Shown: positions 21,671 to 36,100 of the stretch, one piece after another
Position numbering within the stretch: position 1 is the stretch's first letter
How the letters are laid out: each line of letters opens with the position of its first letter
Origin: Takakia lepidozioides
Lineage: Eukaryota > Plantae > Bryophyta
Direction: 5' to 3'
NCBI GenBank assembly: GCA_030704615.1
Contig: CM060732.1
Coordinates: forward strand, 21,638,001-21,702,000
Length of the DNA: 64,000 bases
The notes under the pieces: model-generated
What the model was told of the DNA's origin: nothing
Databases searched by the model: none
The model's input: the letters and a program-made list of their open reading frames with translations, nothing else
Translations under genes and position numbers: made by a program

Positions 21671-22699
21671 AGCCCACATTTGCAGAATGGACAAACTTTT
21701 TCACATTGTACATTAAGAAAAGCCACACCTTGCGATTGCGGTTGTCCCACCATCGTGCAAATTCCAGCTGTCATGCGGTGTACTCGAAATCTGCAAATGT
21801 CTCCCTCCGCGCTCAAGCATCCCGCGCTCTCTTCCGGTTATTTTCGGGCATTTCGGGCAGGTTTCAAAGAAATTGACGAAGACGATGATGTGTCTATGAA
21901 ACGTGGCGACGATGACGTGGCGCTATGGCACCCTATTCCTGCTCTACGCTAAACTAGCTTCCGACCTTTGGTCGTCGCTAGAATTTTTGAAAGTTGGTGA
22001 GCACAGGTGCAATGATTATGTTCTAGTGATGGTTGTGAAGAGGGTTGCTCTCTAATGAGAGTACACCAAACAAATTGAAGAAAGAAATATCAGGATGCCC
22101 AAAAACTATGGATACCAGTTGTATGAATGATTTTTAGATCTTTTTGGCTCATAGAGGTTTTCAAGGAACATTGATTATGATCTTCTTCCAAATCGTCAAA
22201 GCTTGTCCGCAAGATTTCATATAGCTTTTTATTCTGTATGCTAACGAGTGTACGTCCCTCCTTTTCCTCCTCCTTATCCTTTTGGATCTAAAAGGCAGGT
22301 GTGTGCAAACTGCAAACATGCTGCTATGTTCACACCTGTTGCCAAAGCGGCCGCCCAACGACAACCAAGTGGTCGAAGCTTCAAGTGTGAGATGTCGCGA
22401 GCTTCGAAGTCGCATACAATACTAGGCATTGCTACGACAGAGAAATCCAACACAGCTTGCCATCACTACTCACGGAAGCTAACCTTTTGTCTCGCTCCTA
22501 TCTCGTACCCCCGGGAACATAAATCTCTCTGTAATATGGCGGGCTGTAAATTATCTTCCAGCTTCAATCTTGGAAAACCAACAGAATCTTTAATCACTCC
22601 AGGCTAGGATTGGTACCAGCTTCTACAGCAAGCAGTTGTATTCCAAACCGACAAAGTGTAAGAATCAAATGGATATCTGGACCATATTGACTCTGAAGT

Positions 22700-25600
22700 C
22701 TAACTGAGGGGACAAAGTGCATTGAGAAGAATGTGCACAAGCATAAGATCTGTAAAGTATCTGCGCCCATTACCTGGGCGCCCATAATGTCCACCATCAC
22801 TATAATTATTATCATAGTGCCAGGGAAATGTTAGATCAAAGGCATCAACAATTTGGGTCGCTGGAGTTTTCTTTAAGAACTTCTCGACCATCACTCGGTT
22901 GAATGCTTCCATCTTTTGAGGGTTTGAAGGCGATCCTCTCACAAATCCTGCTGGCGCTACTGTTGTCCTGTACACCACCGTCGGCCTGTTGTAATCACTG
23001 CTGATGTTGGCTAATACATGTCCCCAAAACTGGGCAGCATTTTCAGCAACTGCACTGAATTCCGCCAACGTATGCCAGTTGTATAATCCATCATGCAGGC
23101 CTGAGTTCAACACCATGGCATCTGGAATTCTCGTCTGATCAGAGTTGTTGCCATGGAAAAGAGAGATGATTTTTTGTTGGAACTGTTGGTTGGCGAGCGA
23201 GGCTAGGCCCAATCCGTTGCTGGACTCGTCATAGTGGCCGTTGAATACATTGGTGAAGGTCACATTCTGCGAAGTGTTTTGTGGGTTCCAATACACCTGC
23301 CATTTAACTGCATGAAGTCAGTAACAACTCAATCAACAGCTGAAGAGTTGCGTTTGAAATATTATAATATAAGTGAGACTCAACAAGAATGAACTAGAAA
23401 TTTAAACTCGAAAGGTCGATTAGTCCCAAAACGATGACCAGTGAATTTACCATTTGTACCTTATGTGATATTCTAGCTTGATCTGTTCCTCGACAACCCA
23501 GGACAAAGGTAAGGAGGTTCCGAATAGTGTCTTGGTGATTTGAATCTCCCCAGAAGAAGAACCACCGCCCCTCCACACACTTCCATGCCTCCTCTCTCTG
23601 ATAAAGATGAAAGCCACAGTGTGCAGAATACCACCACCTGGTAAAACATTCCAGAGATCAATTTGAGTTCAGAAAATGCACCCATTGTTTACACAGTCAG
23701 ATCCTCTTAATTCCTTGGCAATGGTGAATGAGGGGCCTTCCCCCTATTCAAATCCATGACATCTGCCCAGACAAGTCCACCCAAGGCATTTTTGTTCCTG
23801 GAAGGTCAAATAGATCCCATTATAACAATCCAGTTTAATTCCAGCCATTAGGGGGATACATTGATCTCTACACTGTGGCAGTCTTACCCATTGCTCTCCA
23901 GACTGCCCAGGGGACCTTCACACCAAGGAGCCTCACAATCCTCCTTCAAGTCCAAACACAAGTACCTCCCTTGATAATTAACGGGGCAAGTGGCATTGCC
24001 TTTGGATTTGGTCCATCGACCTGACCAAGATCTCTTCATGAAGTCCTTCTTTATGCACAGCTCCAAGTCTGGTGTCTTGAGGGATTTTATCTGGCGTGGG
24101 GGAGGAAAGACAGGCTGGTCAATTGAGGCCACAAACTCTATCTCAAAGGAGATGAGCCATTTGTCTTGCTTCCAGGCTTCAGTGTGATGCTCCAGCCCAT
24201 GGAAATGGGTGAACAAGAGGTTTGCTCGGAAATTGTAAAGGCCTGCAAATCGAGCATCTACCTGCATCACACTTTTTTTATCAGAACGTAATCAATACCA
24301 CAACTTTTGCTCTGAGTACGTCCCAGCAAAGTGACAATCGTGCAGTACTTACGTCACTTGTTACGCAACACAGTATAGGGTCTAGCATGGGAATTATTTA
24401 TTTCAAATGTCACTCTCCACCTTGAAGCAGGACTATGTCATCTTTCGAGTGAAGACTTTGTGCACAAGCTAGTATGGCTGCCGGAAAGTTCCAGCACCCA
24501 GGTTTGATCGGACTTGTCGGCTCGAATTGAGACATGACCCAGCTAACATTTCTCATAACTTGGTGGGGGACTAATTCTACAGGAGTACAATGGAATCAAA
24601 TGGTTTCTGATCATCAAACCCACCTGGAGTCTGACCAAGTAGGATCCGTCGCCCATGTCCATTACAGGAGGCCGTGATTTCCACTTTGTACCTGAACGGT
24701 GGTAGTCTCGGCCCATTGAATCATGCTGATATCAGAGAGTAGGAAGATGTATCTTCTCCTTCAGATTTGATCATTGTGGTTAGAATCTGAAGACTCAGGA
24801 ATAGTGAGGTTTTGATGTACTCACAGTTTTGAACAATTTAGAATGATTCTTGAGCTCTAAGCAGATATAATCAATGGACTACGAAAATGGACAAGTTATT
24901 CTGTAAGTGGCACCCTGCAAGGTCAGAGGGAAAGTGTCTCGATTATCTTGATCCTGATAGCCTGGTGAGGCTAAGTGTATTGATTCTTCATACATGTCAG
25001 TGGGAGGACCATTTTTCCAAGTAGACCTCACTCAAGCACAAGAATTCTTATGTTCATCTTAGTTTTCTGCTTAGTCCGGATGACGAGCCAAATATTTCCT
25101 ATCAAATATTTTAGTCCTCGGAGACCTGAGTAGTACTGAAGATTTCCTATCACGGATCCGTGTATGTGAATTGTACTTACCTCAGATCCTTTGAATGTTC
25201 ATCCTGCCAATATAATCAACATATTTAAGCCATCTGACGTCTTTTGCAATGACATTTGACAACGGCCAAGCAAAAATGGGCAGAGCAAATGTTGGCTTGA
25301 TAGCAGTTAGTCCAAATAAAATAGACTCTGAAAGATGTGTAATTCAGACCATACTTCGATTATGGAGCTATTTATGCATCACTAAACCAAAGGAAAATAC
25401 CGTTGCAGGCATACCCGTGATGTCAGTCTCATAGTAGTCACCCCCGCTGCAGCGTCGGGTCCCAGTTTCAGTGTATGAAACTAATAGCAGGTTATGCACT
25501 CTGTCTGCACGGAGACGAACAGGGCCTTTGATGGAGGGAGATGGAAGTCCAAACAAGAGAGCCCTCTTGGTCTGCTCATGGTGGCACTCTCTGCTGCCAT

Positions 25601-26346
25601 TCTCTTGAATTTGCTTCAACAGCCAGGGTACTGTCTCTTGCCTCCAGTTTGATGAAAATCCAAGTGAAAGAGTCCCCTCCATTCCCTCTCCTATACTTGC
25701 CTCTAAGTGGCGAGGCATCCTTGTCACGGCCGTCACTGTGTATTGGCTGTGAAATTACAGCAAGTGAGGAGGCTTATGCTCTAGAAACGTCTTCATGCGA
25801 CTGACCTACTACTTGGTTCTGTTCAGAGTTCTTGAAAACTAATTCTTGAACCCCACTTTAACGAAGAAACTGTGCACAGCGGGGTAGTCTTCAGATTGTC
25901 GCAACTAGTGCAAGGCTCCTAGTGACAGGAATTGATCTACATGGAGACCCTAAAAATATAGTGCTGAGAAGGGATCTAATATATATGTAGTAATTGAATG
26001 CCCAAGGTGTACATACAGTAAATCGATCGGTTATAATTATGTACATTGCATGTTCAAAGGTTGTTGTCCAGAAGCACTTTTACCTGTCGCGGATCACCAT
26101 ACCAACTGACGCAAAAAGTCTCTGTGATCCATCCTTGGAGAAGAGAACAAAGATGATGCTGCAAAGGAGTGTTGCGCCGATTGTAAGAAGTACTCCAGAG
26201 GGGCAGGAGGCAGTACTCTTAATATTGTGACTGGGAACCTTCTGATCCAATTGAGACAGTACTCCATTGGTTGAGAGGATTTCTTGATTCTTTCCTACGT
26301 CTGCACCTATTGATTGCAGCTTGAACCCCATTTTGGTGCTGCCCAT
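22700..26346 (-). CDS. Type II membrane SGNH/PC-esterase-like protein (NXPE/TBL-like GDS...DxxH), 6 exons, 603 aa
   Basis: Exons 26346-26084, 25746-25415, 24691-24624, 24261-23888, 23637-23460, 23296-22700 join in frame (1812 nt); N-terminal TM helix (ATLLCSIIFVLF), RCSGGDYYETD, WKSRPPVMDMGDGSY, FWGDSNHQDTIRNL, LNSGLHD, DGGHYG. From memory resembles Arabidopsis At3g06150/At5g19060. Confidence 0.88.
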
Positions 26347-28209
26347 GAGCTTTGACGGAGTTAGAAAAGAAATTTCGTGGGTCAGTACCTTGGCGAGTTG
26401 ATTGGCAATATTTGATAGCTGCCCTCTTGATCTTGTCCAGAGGTCGCATCTGAAACTGAGCTAGAGCTTACATTAATGGAACTCTGACATCTTGCGCTCA
26501 TGTACAACAGCAGCAAGCTTGTGTAGACCTCCGGACTTCAGTTGAAGCAATTCTCTGGTGTAAAGAGCTGGACAGTGGCTCATTTGTTTCTAAGTAATGT
26601 CCTGACTCGAAGATTTATCAATTGCTAGGCAGGAACTGTCAATTAAACATTGGCCTTAAGCTTCTGGTGGTAAGGCCTTGTACGGTTCTAAAGCGTTAAG
26701 TACTCTTACCAGCGTCAGACTCCTGACTCCTACTTTTAAATCACGTTTCTGCATGCATCCATGTGAATAAGTTACAAGGAATTTAACAGTACAAGCTAAG
26801 CTAGGCATCATGGACCCAAACACATCTCCTCTCACTCTCCACGTGCACAAAAAAAGAGAATCTTAGATCGGTTCCAGACTACTTCTTCTTGGTCCGAGCC
26901 TTGTTTCTTGTCCATTTCGTTCCTCCAAATTATGTTTGTGGAGAAGTGATGCTCCATCCCTGGTGTGAAAAGGCTACCTGGGCCATCTTCGTTTCGTCAA
27001 CGGTCTGCGCTATGTTTCGTTCGTTCCTTGTCGTCCTTCACCTCATTCGTCCAGAAGGGCCACCTAACGGATAAGAAATACGGTTATTACTTCGTGCTTC
27101 CGCCGTCTCTCTCTACCAATGTCCCAATGTCCTACATTCCCTCCCTACCAATGTCGTACTCAGAGTTTTTGGGTCCACGAGCGAGGTTTTAGGGGGCTTT
27201 TTTGTGTACTGAGACCCACTGAGGTACATTCAAGAATGCAGTTTAGAATTGTCTTCTTGTGCTGTACACCCCAATTCCAATGCGCGGTAATGTGAATTTG
27301 GAAGCTGACTCTGGGGTTCTTGGAGTACAGACTGAAGCTTAGTTAGACCGATCTATGGTGCTGCTTATCCATACGAAGTACCCGACCTACAGTTTGAGAT
27401 CTCGGCAATAAGTGTACTTACATACCAGCAAAATGGCAGAGCGTGTCAAGAAATGATGAAATAGCGGTATGAAAAGACAACGGTCAACGCAAAGATGACG
27501 GCAGCTTCCGTGTTGAGCATGATTGTTGCGCAAGTCCGATTGCATGTCACTCTGTTCCTCTCTTTCTGTCTCCGTTCCCTGGAAACGTTATTAATTTCTT
27601 CCTTCTAAGTTGTCTCCCTCCGTGGAAGTTGTTGAGTCTGTCACCTGAATGTCTCTAGAAACCGCCATCACAAGCCAGTAGGTAAAGCATAGGTAGGGGC
27701 AAGAATTTTTTTCTATGCGGCTCAATACCGAAAGAACTGAAGCACGTCGCAAATCCAGTCGGAGTTTCTTCACAGCCTTCGATAAGCAGTCACAGACAGC
27801 GTGAATGGCGTGGTGGGCAGGAGAAGGAATTGAAACTACAGTAGACTGCCGAGACTTGTAGTAAGATAGGTGGGAAGAAAGCGGAGCATGACTGGGAGGA
27901 AAGCGTCTGTGAAGCAGGTCAGATCTGGTGAGTTGATCAGTTGAAAATTGCAGAGGATGTCCTTTGCCATATGCGGTAATAATCAAGGAAGTTCTGATGT
28001 TATTTCTGTTTGATCAAGGGGTGAAAAATATACAGGGTCAGGCTGCCCGCATATCAGGCTACTACAATCTTCTTTTCCTCTCTGCATCTGTTAATTGTTC
28101 ATTGATCCCTTCATTACCCCATTTCCATTTGAGATCCCCTCCTCCCTCCCCAAGGTTGTTGAATGACACCACTGCACATTTACTAACTTCTAATCTCCAC
28201 TAGAACCTC

Positions 28210-28800
28210 TGTGCACAGTCAATCAACTCCTTGGATGGGGTATCTCCAAGGCCGCCTGCGACGTTTCCCCAAACATAGGTATGGTGGCATCACCCACCTT
28301 TAACCCAAACCCCTCAGTGTCGACATACATGCAAACATTGAGCAACAGTGGGGAAAGGGTACAACCTTGAGCTGCACCTTGATCAATATGGAAGAGACTT
28401 CTGTCCATTGACCGCAACACAAGTTTTGGTGGTCGCATACAGGATGTGAACCATCCTCCACATCTTTCCCATAAAAACAAAAGCCAGAGCTACAACACAT
28501 CATGCGTGCCATAAGCATTTTTTAAATCTAGGAAGAAAAGTGGGCTTTCCTTCTATTTTCCTTCCCTGGATAATCTGGCTTAGAGTGAAGATATGGTTGG
28601 TGCAGCCCCTATGTCTCCAGAAGCCAGCTTGCCCTTCATGAAAACCACCTCTAGACTCCAGATCAACCTCGACATGGGTGCTTATTATCCTACAAAATAG
28701 CTTGCCACCTGCACTGAGAAGCCTGCTGCCCCAATAGTTCCCAGGCTCTTCTCTGTCGCCTTTATTAAGGAGATTGACAAAGACTCCATGTCTCCAACAA
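28210..28800 (-). mobile_element. Degraded non-LTR retrotransposon RT remnant
   Basis: NKGDREEPGNY, HEGQAGF...CTNHIFTL, FLDLKNAY, GAAQGCTLSPLL in shifted frames. Confidence 0.8.
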
Positions 28801-29492
28801 AAGGGCCTCTACCAAAGGTCACCACCATACTTGATTAGCTGGTTGAGAGAGAGGGAGAGAGGAAAGAAAAGTTGTCGGAGAGTTAGGCGCAGGTGACCAA
28901 GGAGTGGTTGACAAATTACTCCCCATGTAGGACAAATCCATTATTGTCTATAACAAAATAATATAAGCTGAAATTTCAGCATCAGAGAAACCGCGTTGTG
29001 TCACAACTCTAAATCAATACTTCCTTCTATCCTCATCTGTGTTGGACCTTGCACCCACTGAACATCTGGCCAACTCCCCAGTATGGATGCACATAACTTC
29101 AGCCCTAGGAATTACCACCATGGGTATGACCTAACTGCACTAGTTGCCCCATGGGAAGTGCATCGAATTCCCAATACTACAATTTATGAAGAATCTAACT
29201 AATTTAGCGGACTAAACTCCATGTAATCAATGGTTGGCTAACAGGGTTAGGCTAGATGGCGATCTGTGACTGGAGTTCATTGACATTATAATATCCTGCC
29301 AGAGGATTGGAGCAAGATCCTAGTGGGTATTCACAGGGAGAGGGACAAAGAAAGACAATGAAGCCACTTGCATAGCTGAGATTACAATCTCTGGATGTTT
29401 AGCACAATCCAGAGATTCTTTACCCACAAGGAAAAGCACTGAAGTGGAGCAAGTTAACGTGGTCACAAGCTTTCCATGAGAAAACAGACCGC

Positions 29493-32400
29493 TCACTTTG
29501 TTTCCTCCCTTCCAACTTCTATATCCTTGGTATGTTGCTCTAGGCCACTTTTCAACAAGGCAACATCTTCCTCGGTAAAGTCGGCCTCTTTTATGTAGCC
29601 TAATGGAGCTGCCTTTGTCAAGGCTTGTTTGGCTTGCTCAGCGGCCCAGCTGTAGATGAGCATGCCAAGAACCGCCAAAGACATGCCAAGCAGGTTCTTA
29701 ACCGTCAACACTGAGTCAAAGAGTAGCCATCCCAAGGTCAGCACGCACACTGTTTTCATGTGTCCAAGAACCTGCAAACAAGTTCCTCCTTTCAGCTCTT
29801 GTTCCCACTACACAAATTCCCCATGCATGTACCGAGTAAAGAGTGATGTCTGTCACTTGAACAAAAACTAGTTACTCAATGCTCTCATTAACAGGAAGAC
29901 TATGAGTACGCTGGTTTCCCAGATGATTGGCCCATCCTCCGTCATACCACATCCATGACGAATTAAAACTAAACCCTCTCCTCCAAACAGAGCTGTCAAA
30001 CTGATCCAACACTAGCCTAAAGCATCCCCAAAAGGTAACGTAACAAGTGACGAGCTATACCTTCCCCCAGCTTGAATCCAGCCAGAGGTGTTTCAAAGCA
30101 GTCGAAACTAAGATGGCGCAGCACTAGCAATTCAAGTTGTATAGGCATTCTTGCATGTCCATGCCCAGTACTAATGCATCAAAGGCTTAGCATTAGAAGC
30201 ACTCGAGAGTAGCTCTTACAAATCTACTACCCACCCAGTTACATCACTCCGCCAAATTTATTCCTTACTGCAAACAAACCTACTGACCTGGAAGGAGACT
30301 GCAGAGAAGCGGCCGATGCAGAGGTACTGGCTCATGTTGCAGAAGACAGCAAGCAAGCACGATAGAAGAATGAAGAACTGCACCAATAACCACGACATAG
30401 ATGAAACTCTTTGTCAATGCTACTCAACTCCCAGAGGTCCATCCAAGACATTAAGTTGAGCTGCTCCCCACCTCATATGCCCCCCCAATAGAAATGTCCT
30501 ATGCAGCTCTTGAGTTTACTACAGAATCAAGGTTTGCAAGTGCAAGATTTTGCAATCCCCACTGGGTTGAAGCTTTAGATCTGTTTCTAGGGCCACCCAT
30601 CAATGCTGGAGACTTGCAGCAGGGGCGAAGAGAAGAGAGAGATAAACACTCACACATAAACCAGGAGCAATGGAGAGCAGAAGAGTTAGATACTTACAAT
30701 AGCTCCTGCTGAGAATTTGTAGTAGAAAACATTAAGATTATTCAATGAATAATCCACGAACGGTCCCAAGGCCAGCAGTGAAGCAGCCTGGATTGGTGCT
30801 GTTTTGCTCAGGAGCTCAAATGAACCACAATTATGTTTCTTTTGCAACGCGCCAATGTACTGCAAAATGCATAAATCAAATTCAGTAGACATCTTACATT
30901 GCTCTCAAATGATGAACCAACTTTCAATGTCTGAGTTTCAACAAACGTATTCCAGGCAGGTAGGCAGGTTATTACTTGAGCAAGGACTATTCCCTTAGTA
31001 TCCCACAGAGCAGCAGTTGCAAGCAGCCAGTATTGTCGACATTATCTGTGACCAGTGTGTCTTGTTTGCATCCATCGGAGTCCAGCAAACCACAACGGAG
31101 ATGTAAAAGGCCCTGTAAGAAGATACTTGGAATGCATGAGAATAGGAAATGAGAGATTTACAATTTGTTGCAATGATGTAGTAATAACTGCAATCAGAGC
31201 CGCCAACAATCCCTTGAGGTTGATGTGGACATCCGTAACAGTGCACACTCCAACACCAACCATGGTTACAAACACAGCAAGCTTCACCTCTCTCGTGTAG
31301 GTCTTGCTATGCAGCATCCACTCCAACACACAGACCACTGGTATCATACTCAACTTGGAGATCTGTGCACAGAAATACAAAGCACGGGTGTGTAAACAGA
31401 GACATTGACGATAGGCATGGTCTTCTGACAATTTTGAATACAAACTTTCTCCAAAAGGTCACATGTGAAACCTCAAACATGTATCCAGCACTATACATAC
31501 AAAACAGTTCAAAAAGCCAAAGTGATACCATCCAACAAACTTTGAAGACGAGAGAAAACATGATTGGACACTAATCTAAGGACTTGCAATGACTCCTTGC
31601 AGGTAACGCAATGCAAGGTTAGCATGTGAGATTCATAAGGTGGTTCCCTCTGGTCGGGCTTGCACAACTGTCCATGGCGCGCTTTGAGTCAATTATCTGT
31701 ACTAGATTTTTCCTTGACCCCTCATGATTTGATGCTCAGTTCCATGAGCAGCGGCATTGACCAGATCCCATTAGATTTCAGGACATATGGAATAATTACC
31801 AGCAGGACCTACTATATTGCAGACAATTGAAGTCCACACCAAGGTATAGGCAAAACAGGTGGTAGCAGACCTGATAGAAACCAACGGAGTTGAGCATGAG
31901 ACTAAGGTTCATGCCCACGATGGACGTGTTTGATACGAGCGAGAAGAGAAACAAATCCCAAAACGGCACTTGCTTGGACGGCAGATAGCCTAGAGCAGAC
32001 GATATGTAACCCACACTTGCCGTCACGGTGAAATGGAATGCTGTCAACGTTGTGGCTGCACAGAGAAGTAAACAGGTTGACATGAAAATTAGAACCCTAA
32101 CACCTTCGGCAAAGGAATCCATCGGTGTCCCTCTTCATCACCATTATGAAATAAGATCACCTCGGCTTTACTCACCTTAAGTACATTGGTTGTGTCCGGG
32201 ATTGCATAGACTGAAAAGGGGACCTGACAGATGGCGCAATTTTCCTGCGACAATTGCGCTTATAAGGGAGGATTTCATTCAGAGGAAATGCAGAAACCTT
32301 CGGTCGACATGCAAGGTTCACTGACAACACGCACTTCCCGAGTCAACGGAATTTTTCCAAGTGTAGATTTTCTCACCGAACCTAAAATTGTAGCCGCTTG

Positions 32401-32503
32401 CAGACATGACTTGCTTGTTTGCCATGATGATTCCCACAGAGCTGACGATGTTCATCGCCCAAGCACCTGCGTCTGAAACCGCACGCTTCTTCTCTGATGC
32501 CAT
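29493..32503 (-). CDS. URGT: UDP-rhamnose/UDP-galactose transporter-like nucleotide-sugar transporter (TPT/NST family), 6 exons, 347 aa
   Basis: Exons 32503-32377, 32055-31871, 31362-31162, 30859-30698, 30377-30288, 29771-29493 (1044 nt); SDAGAWAMNIVSSVGIIMANKQ, NLSLMLNSVGFYQISKLSMIP, SFELLSKTAPIQA, CIGRFSAVSFQVLGHMKT. Confidence 0.93.
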
Positions 32504-33029
32504 TTTGGAGCGTCTCCTGTTCGCAATCTTCGTTGCGGTCACAATCGCAGGCCTGGTGATGTTAGAGTGCTTTACACACTATCACAGTCCGTCCAATTAT
32601 GAATTCCTGCCACACCTCAACAGGTAGGCCAGGTTGCGTCTGAGTGGAGACTCAGATCTATAGAATGCAAAGTGCGGTACCGCGCAACGGCCTTGTACTC
32701 TCTATCTACCCGAGGAAACAGATCAAACCTGTGACCACGATTGTGGAGGGAATTGAAGGTCACAACCCTGACCCTCGGCCGGCGAAAGTGTAACAAGATG
32801 TTCCTCGAGCAATTGAAACCGGAAAAAGGCGGTTCTCAGTTGTCAGAAACACAAATGGCTACTCAAACCAAAAAGAGTAGCAGGAAAATCTCTCAATCTC
32901 GACTCTCTTTCCTCTTCTCCTTACCACCATGAATCTGAAAACCTTGAGAGACGCGTGAGAATTCAAGCGAAGAGCAAAGAGACTTAGCCCCGTTGTGCGT
33001 GCAGACTTCGCGGGAACGGAGTCGTCCAC

Positions 33030-33195
33030 ACCATCTCACTAATCACACTCGTTTAGTAACATACTATTAGCACCTCACTATCTCACTAATCACACTCGCT
33101 TAGTAACATATTAGGAGCACCTCACTATCTCACTAATCACACCCGCTTAGTAATATATTAGTATCACCTCACTATCTCACTAATCACACTCGTTG
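33030..33195. repeat. ~47-bp tandem repeat, about 3.5 copies
   Basis: CACCTCACTATCTCACTAATCACACTCGCTTAGTAACATATTAG-like unit repeated. Confidence 0.9.
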
Positions 33196-36100
33196 GTTAA
33201 TGGCATATTAGCTTACTAATGGCACTCTTTCAGCGACATATGAGTTATCACACTCTTGTTATTGACCGTATTAGCACCTACAGAATTTATTAATAAGTAA
33301 CCCACCGTAGCTGATTAGAGGTGCGGAAGCAGTACAAGTAGGTGCTGATATATTATTTATATATTATATATTATATATGTATATAATATATTATAGAGAT
33401 ATGGGAGAGGTACTGAGTGGGGTGGGTGACGAGCACATGGCACGCGCAGGCATGACAAGGGTCATGGCATGATGGGCATGTCGTGGAGCACGCAGCGCCT
33501 GCTTGGGATGGTCCCACGATGCATTATTTGGTGCTGCATTATTATTATTATTTGCGTGTCAGGCCCGGGAGGGTCACTGTCCACGAACTAGGATAGCTAC
33601 ACTTCACAAATAACATGGGACATGGCCCTGCCCAGCTTATTTTTTCCTCGTTCCTCTTTTTTTTTTTTTTTTAAAGAACAGTTTCCTGAGTTGTTTATTT
33701 TTTCCTGAGTTACAGGGCCTCCGTCCCCTTTCGTTTGAAAATATTAAATAATGAATTGTGAGCAGTCGCTCCCAGGTTTCCTTTTTAAAAAATAAAAATA
33801 AAAATAAATAATAATAAATAAACATGGGATGGTTAGGGCACGGTAGTAGTATCAGGCTGTGACCCTACTTGGGCTTCACGGCTCTCAGCAAGGTTATTTT
33901 TTCCTTGCTCTCTTTAATTTCTGTCCCCTTTGATCTTTACATTTTAAATGTTTCAATTCAAACATAGGACTTTTTTGGCCTGGGAGGCCTTTTTCTTATA
34001 TTTGTATATATGTATGTATACCAATTATCATACTATACCCGGCTATTCATGGGTAATATCCCTATTTTTCCTTTTATTTTGACAGGCACATCGCCCAGTG
34101 ATTTGGCGTCTAATTTGCCAACTCCTATGCATTGGCTTGTGTCGGTCCCTTGTGGTTTTGTCTGCCTGGGGGGGATGCCTCATGGCTCAGAAAGGGGACT
34201 GATTTTGTCCCCCACAAGGATCTGCGATCGCTCAGGGCAGGTTGGCTTCCAAAAGGGAAAAAAAAACAACCAACGGCTGCAGGCCTTGAGGGGGGGAAAT
34301 TAGTCCCCTTTTTGTAGCCCAAAGGTAGCCGGAACTGCAGGGGTTTGAACCCAGCAGATGATACCATGTGCCTGCAAACTTCTTCTTCTTTTCTTCTTTT
34401 TTCTAAAGGCCAAGGTCACCTTAATTTTATAGAAGAACAAATGCATGGAATCCATGCAAGCCTTGCCTGGTTGTATAGATTACTAATCAGTTGTACAGTG
34501 ATTAACTTAATTATGGCCTGAATATTGTGACAAAATCTGCACTAATCCAAGTAACACCTTTGTATAGAAAGTTTCATGCTGGATGAAACCCTAAACTTGC
34601 ACCATTGCTCAGCAATGTGTCTCTATGAATAAGTCTCACAAACATGCACCAACTAGACCATATGAACTACATCCTGTTTACATATTTCATCTATGCAAAT
34701 GGATGAAACATTCCATCCACACCTATCTTGAACTAATTCCCACATGTTCATGTGGCTTCCTCCCTTGACGATGAAACTCCCCATCCTTGCAAATAATCTC
34801 ACAATCCCCATATGGGATGTGGTGAACTCCCAAATTTGGCCCAAAATCTAGCAAAACCATGACTCTATTAGTATCCAAATGCACGTATGCTCCAACATGG
34901 AACCATATGCCCACTGGGGGTCAGAAAACTGGTCCTTTTCTACTCCACCTGCAGCTAGCAAAACATCATGTGCAACTCAAACAGTTGTTCCTGACTCTAT
35001 AGTTGGCGTGTTAGGTGCACTTTGAAAACTATTGGAATATGGAAAATATTCTAGCCTCCGTTGCAATTTGTCCTGGTCACATACAAACGCAGTTGTGGGA
35101 ATATCTACATCCCTAGAAGACGATGGATTTGTATAGCCAGTTTGAGGGGGGATATCCTTCAACAACCAATGATGTGCAGATTTGCCTTTGTCCTTGGCTT
35201 TCTATGCCTTGGATCTAGTGTGAGGGGGAGTGAAATCTGCTATTTTCAACTCCTCCCTCCTGTCTACATCTTTACCCAAATCAAGAGTTTGAGAGGGAGT
35301 TTATTTCCCCCCCAAGATCCTTGGCTGCCTCACAGGTGTTGACGTTGTTGGCTGATCCCTGCAAATTGCTAAGTTGAATTTCGGAACAGAGCAACCCACT
35401 GTAGCATACTCGTTCTGGTCCATGGTGGACTGACTTTCCTCTTGCCTCGGATCTCCATACTACACTAGGGACTGACTCGTGGGTTGAGACTGAAGCAACC
35501 ATTCCCTCGAAGCTTTTTGACTTGTTCTCTCCCATGCAGCTTGTTTGATCCCCTTGGACCTCATGATCAGGCCAAATTATCTCTCTAAGTAAACTGTTCA
35601 ACTCAGCTGAGAACCCATCAAACTCTCCTTCACATTTTCTCTCTTCCCACTGAAGTATAAGTCTAGCACATTGCCTTCTAAATAGATGTCTGAAATTGCA
35701 GGGTTTTGGGTGGGCAGGCCACCGAAACTTTCGCTTGGGTTTTGGCAAAGACACCAAATGCTTAGTGTTCAAGCACTTGGCACACCTTAATGCTTGATCT
35801 TTAGTAGCCCCAACTCCAATTATAGCCCAAGCCATTACAATCTGTGTGGCCCCTGAGGGAATGCCATGACCTCCAAGTTCTTTGCTTTCAAATTCAAAAT
35901 GAACAATCTGCCGCACTAACTCTACTCCAGCTGCACTGCGTCAAAAACTTAAAGGCTGCGAGTGAGATACAAATAAAAACCCTAAATGCAGTAGCTAGAT
36001 AGTAGCAAAGTGCAAGTGCAACTACAAAAATGCAATCCACATGCAATTAAAAAACAAGGTACTAATGTAGGTAGCGCTCATCAGAAATGCAAAGGACTCA

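Noticed and set aside
33420-34380. Possible shared repeat family with 36820-37150 and 60650-61200
   Set aside because: Only vague compositional resemblance; no alignable termini or TSDs found by eye.
34950-35916. 211-aa minus ORF as a gene or gag remnant
   Set aside because: No motif I can support; likely decayed retroelement sequence but unassignable.
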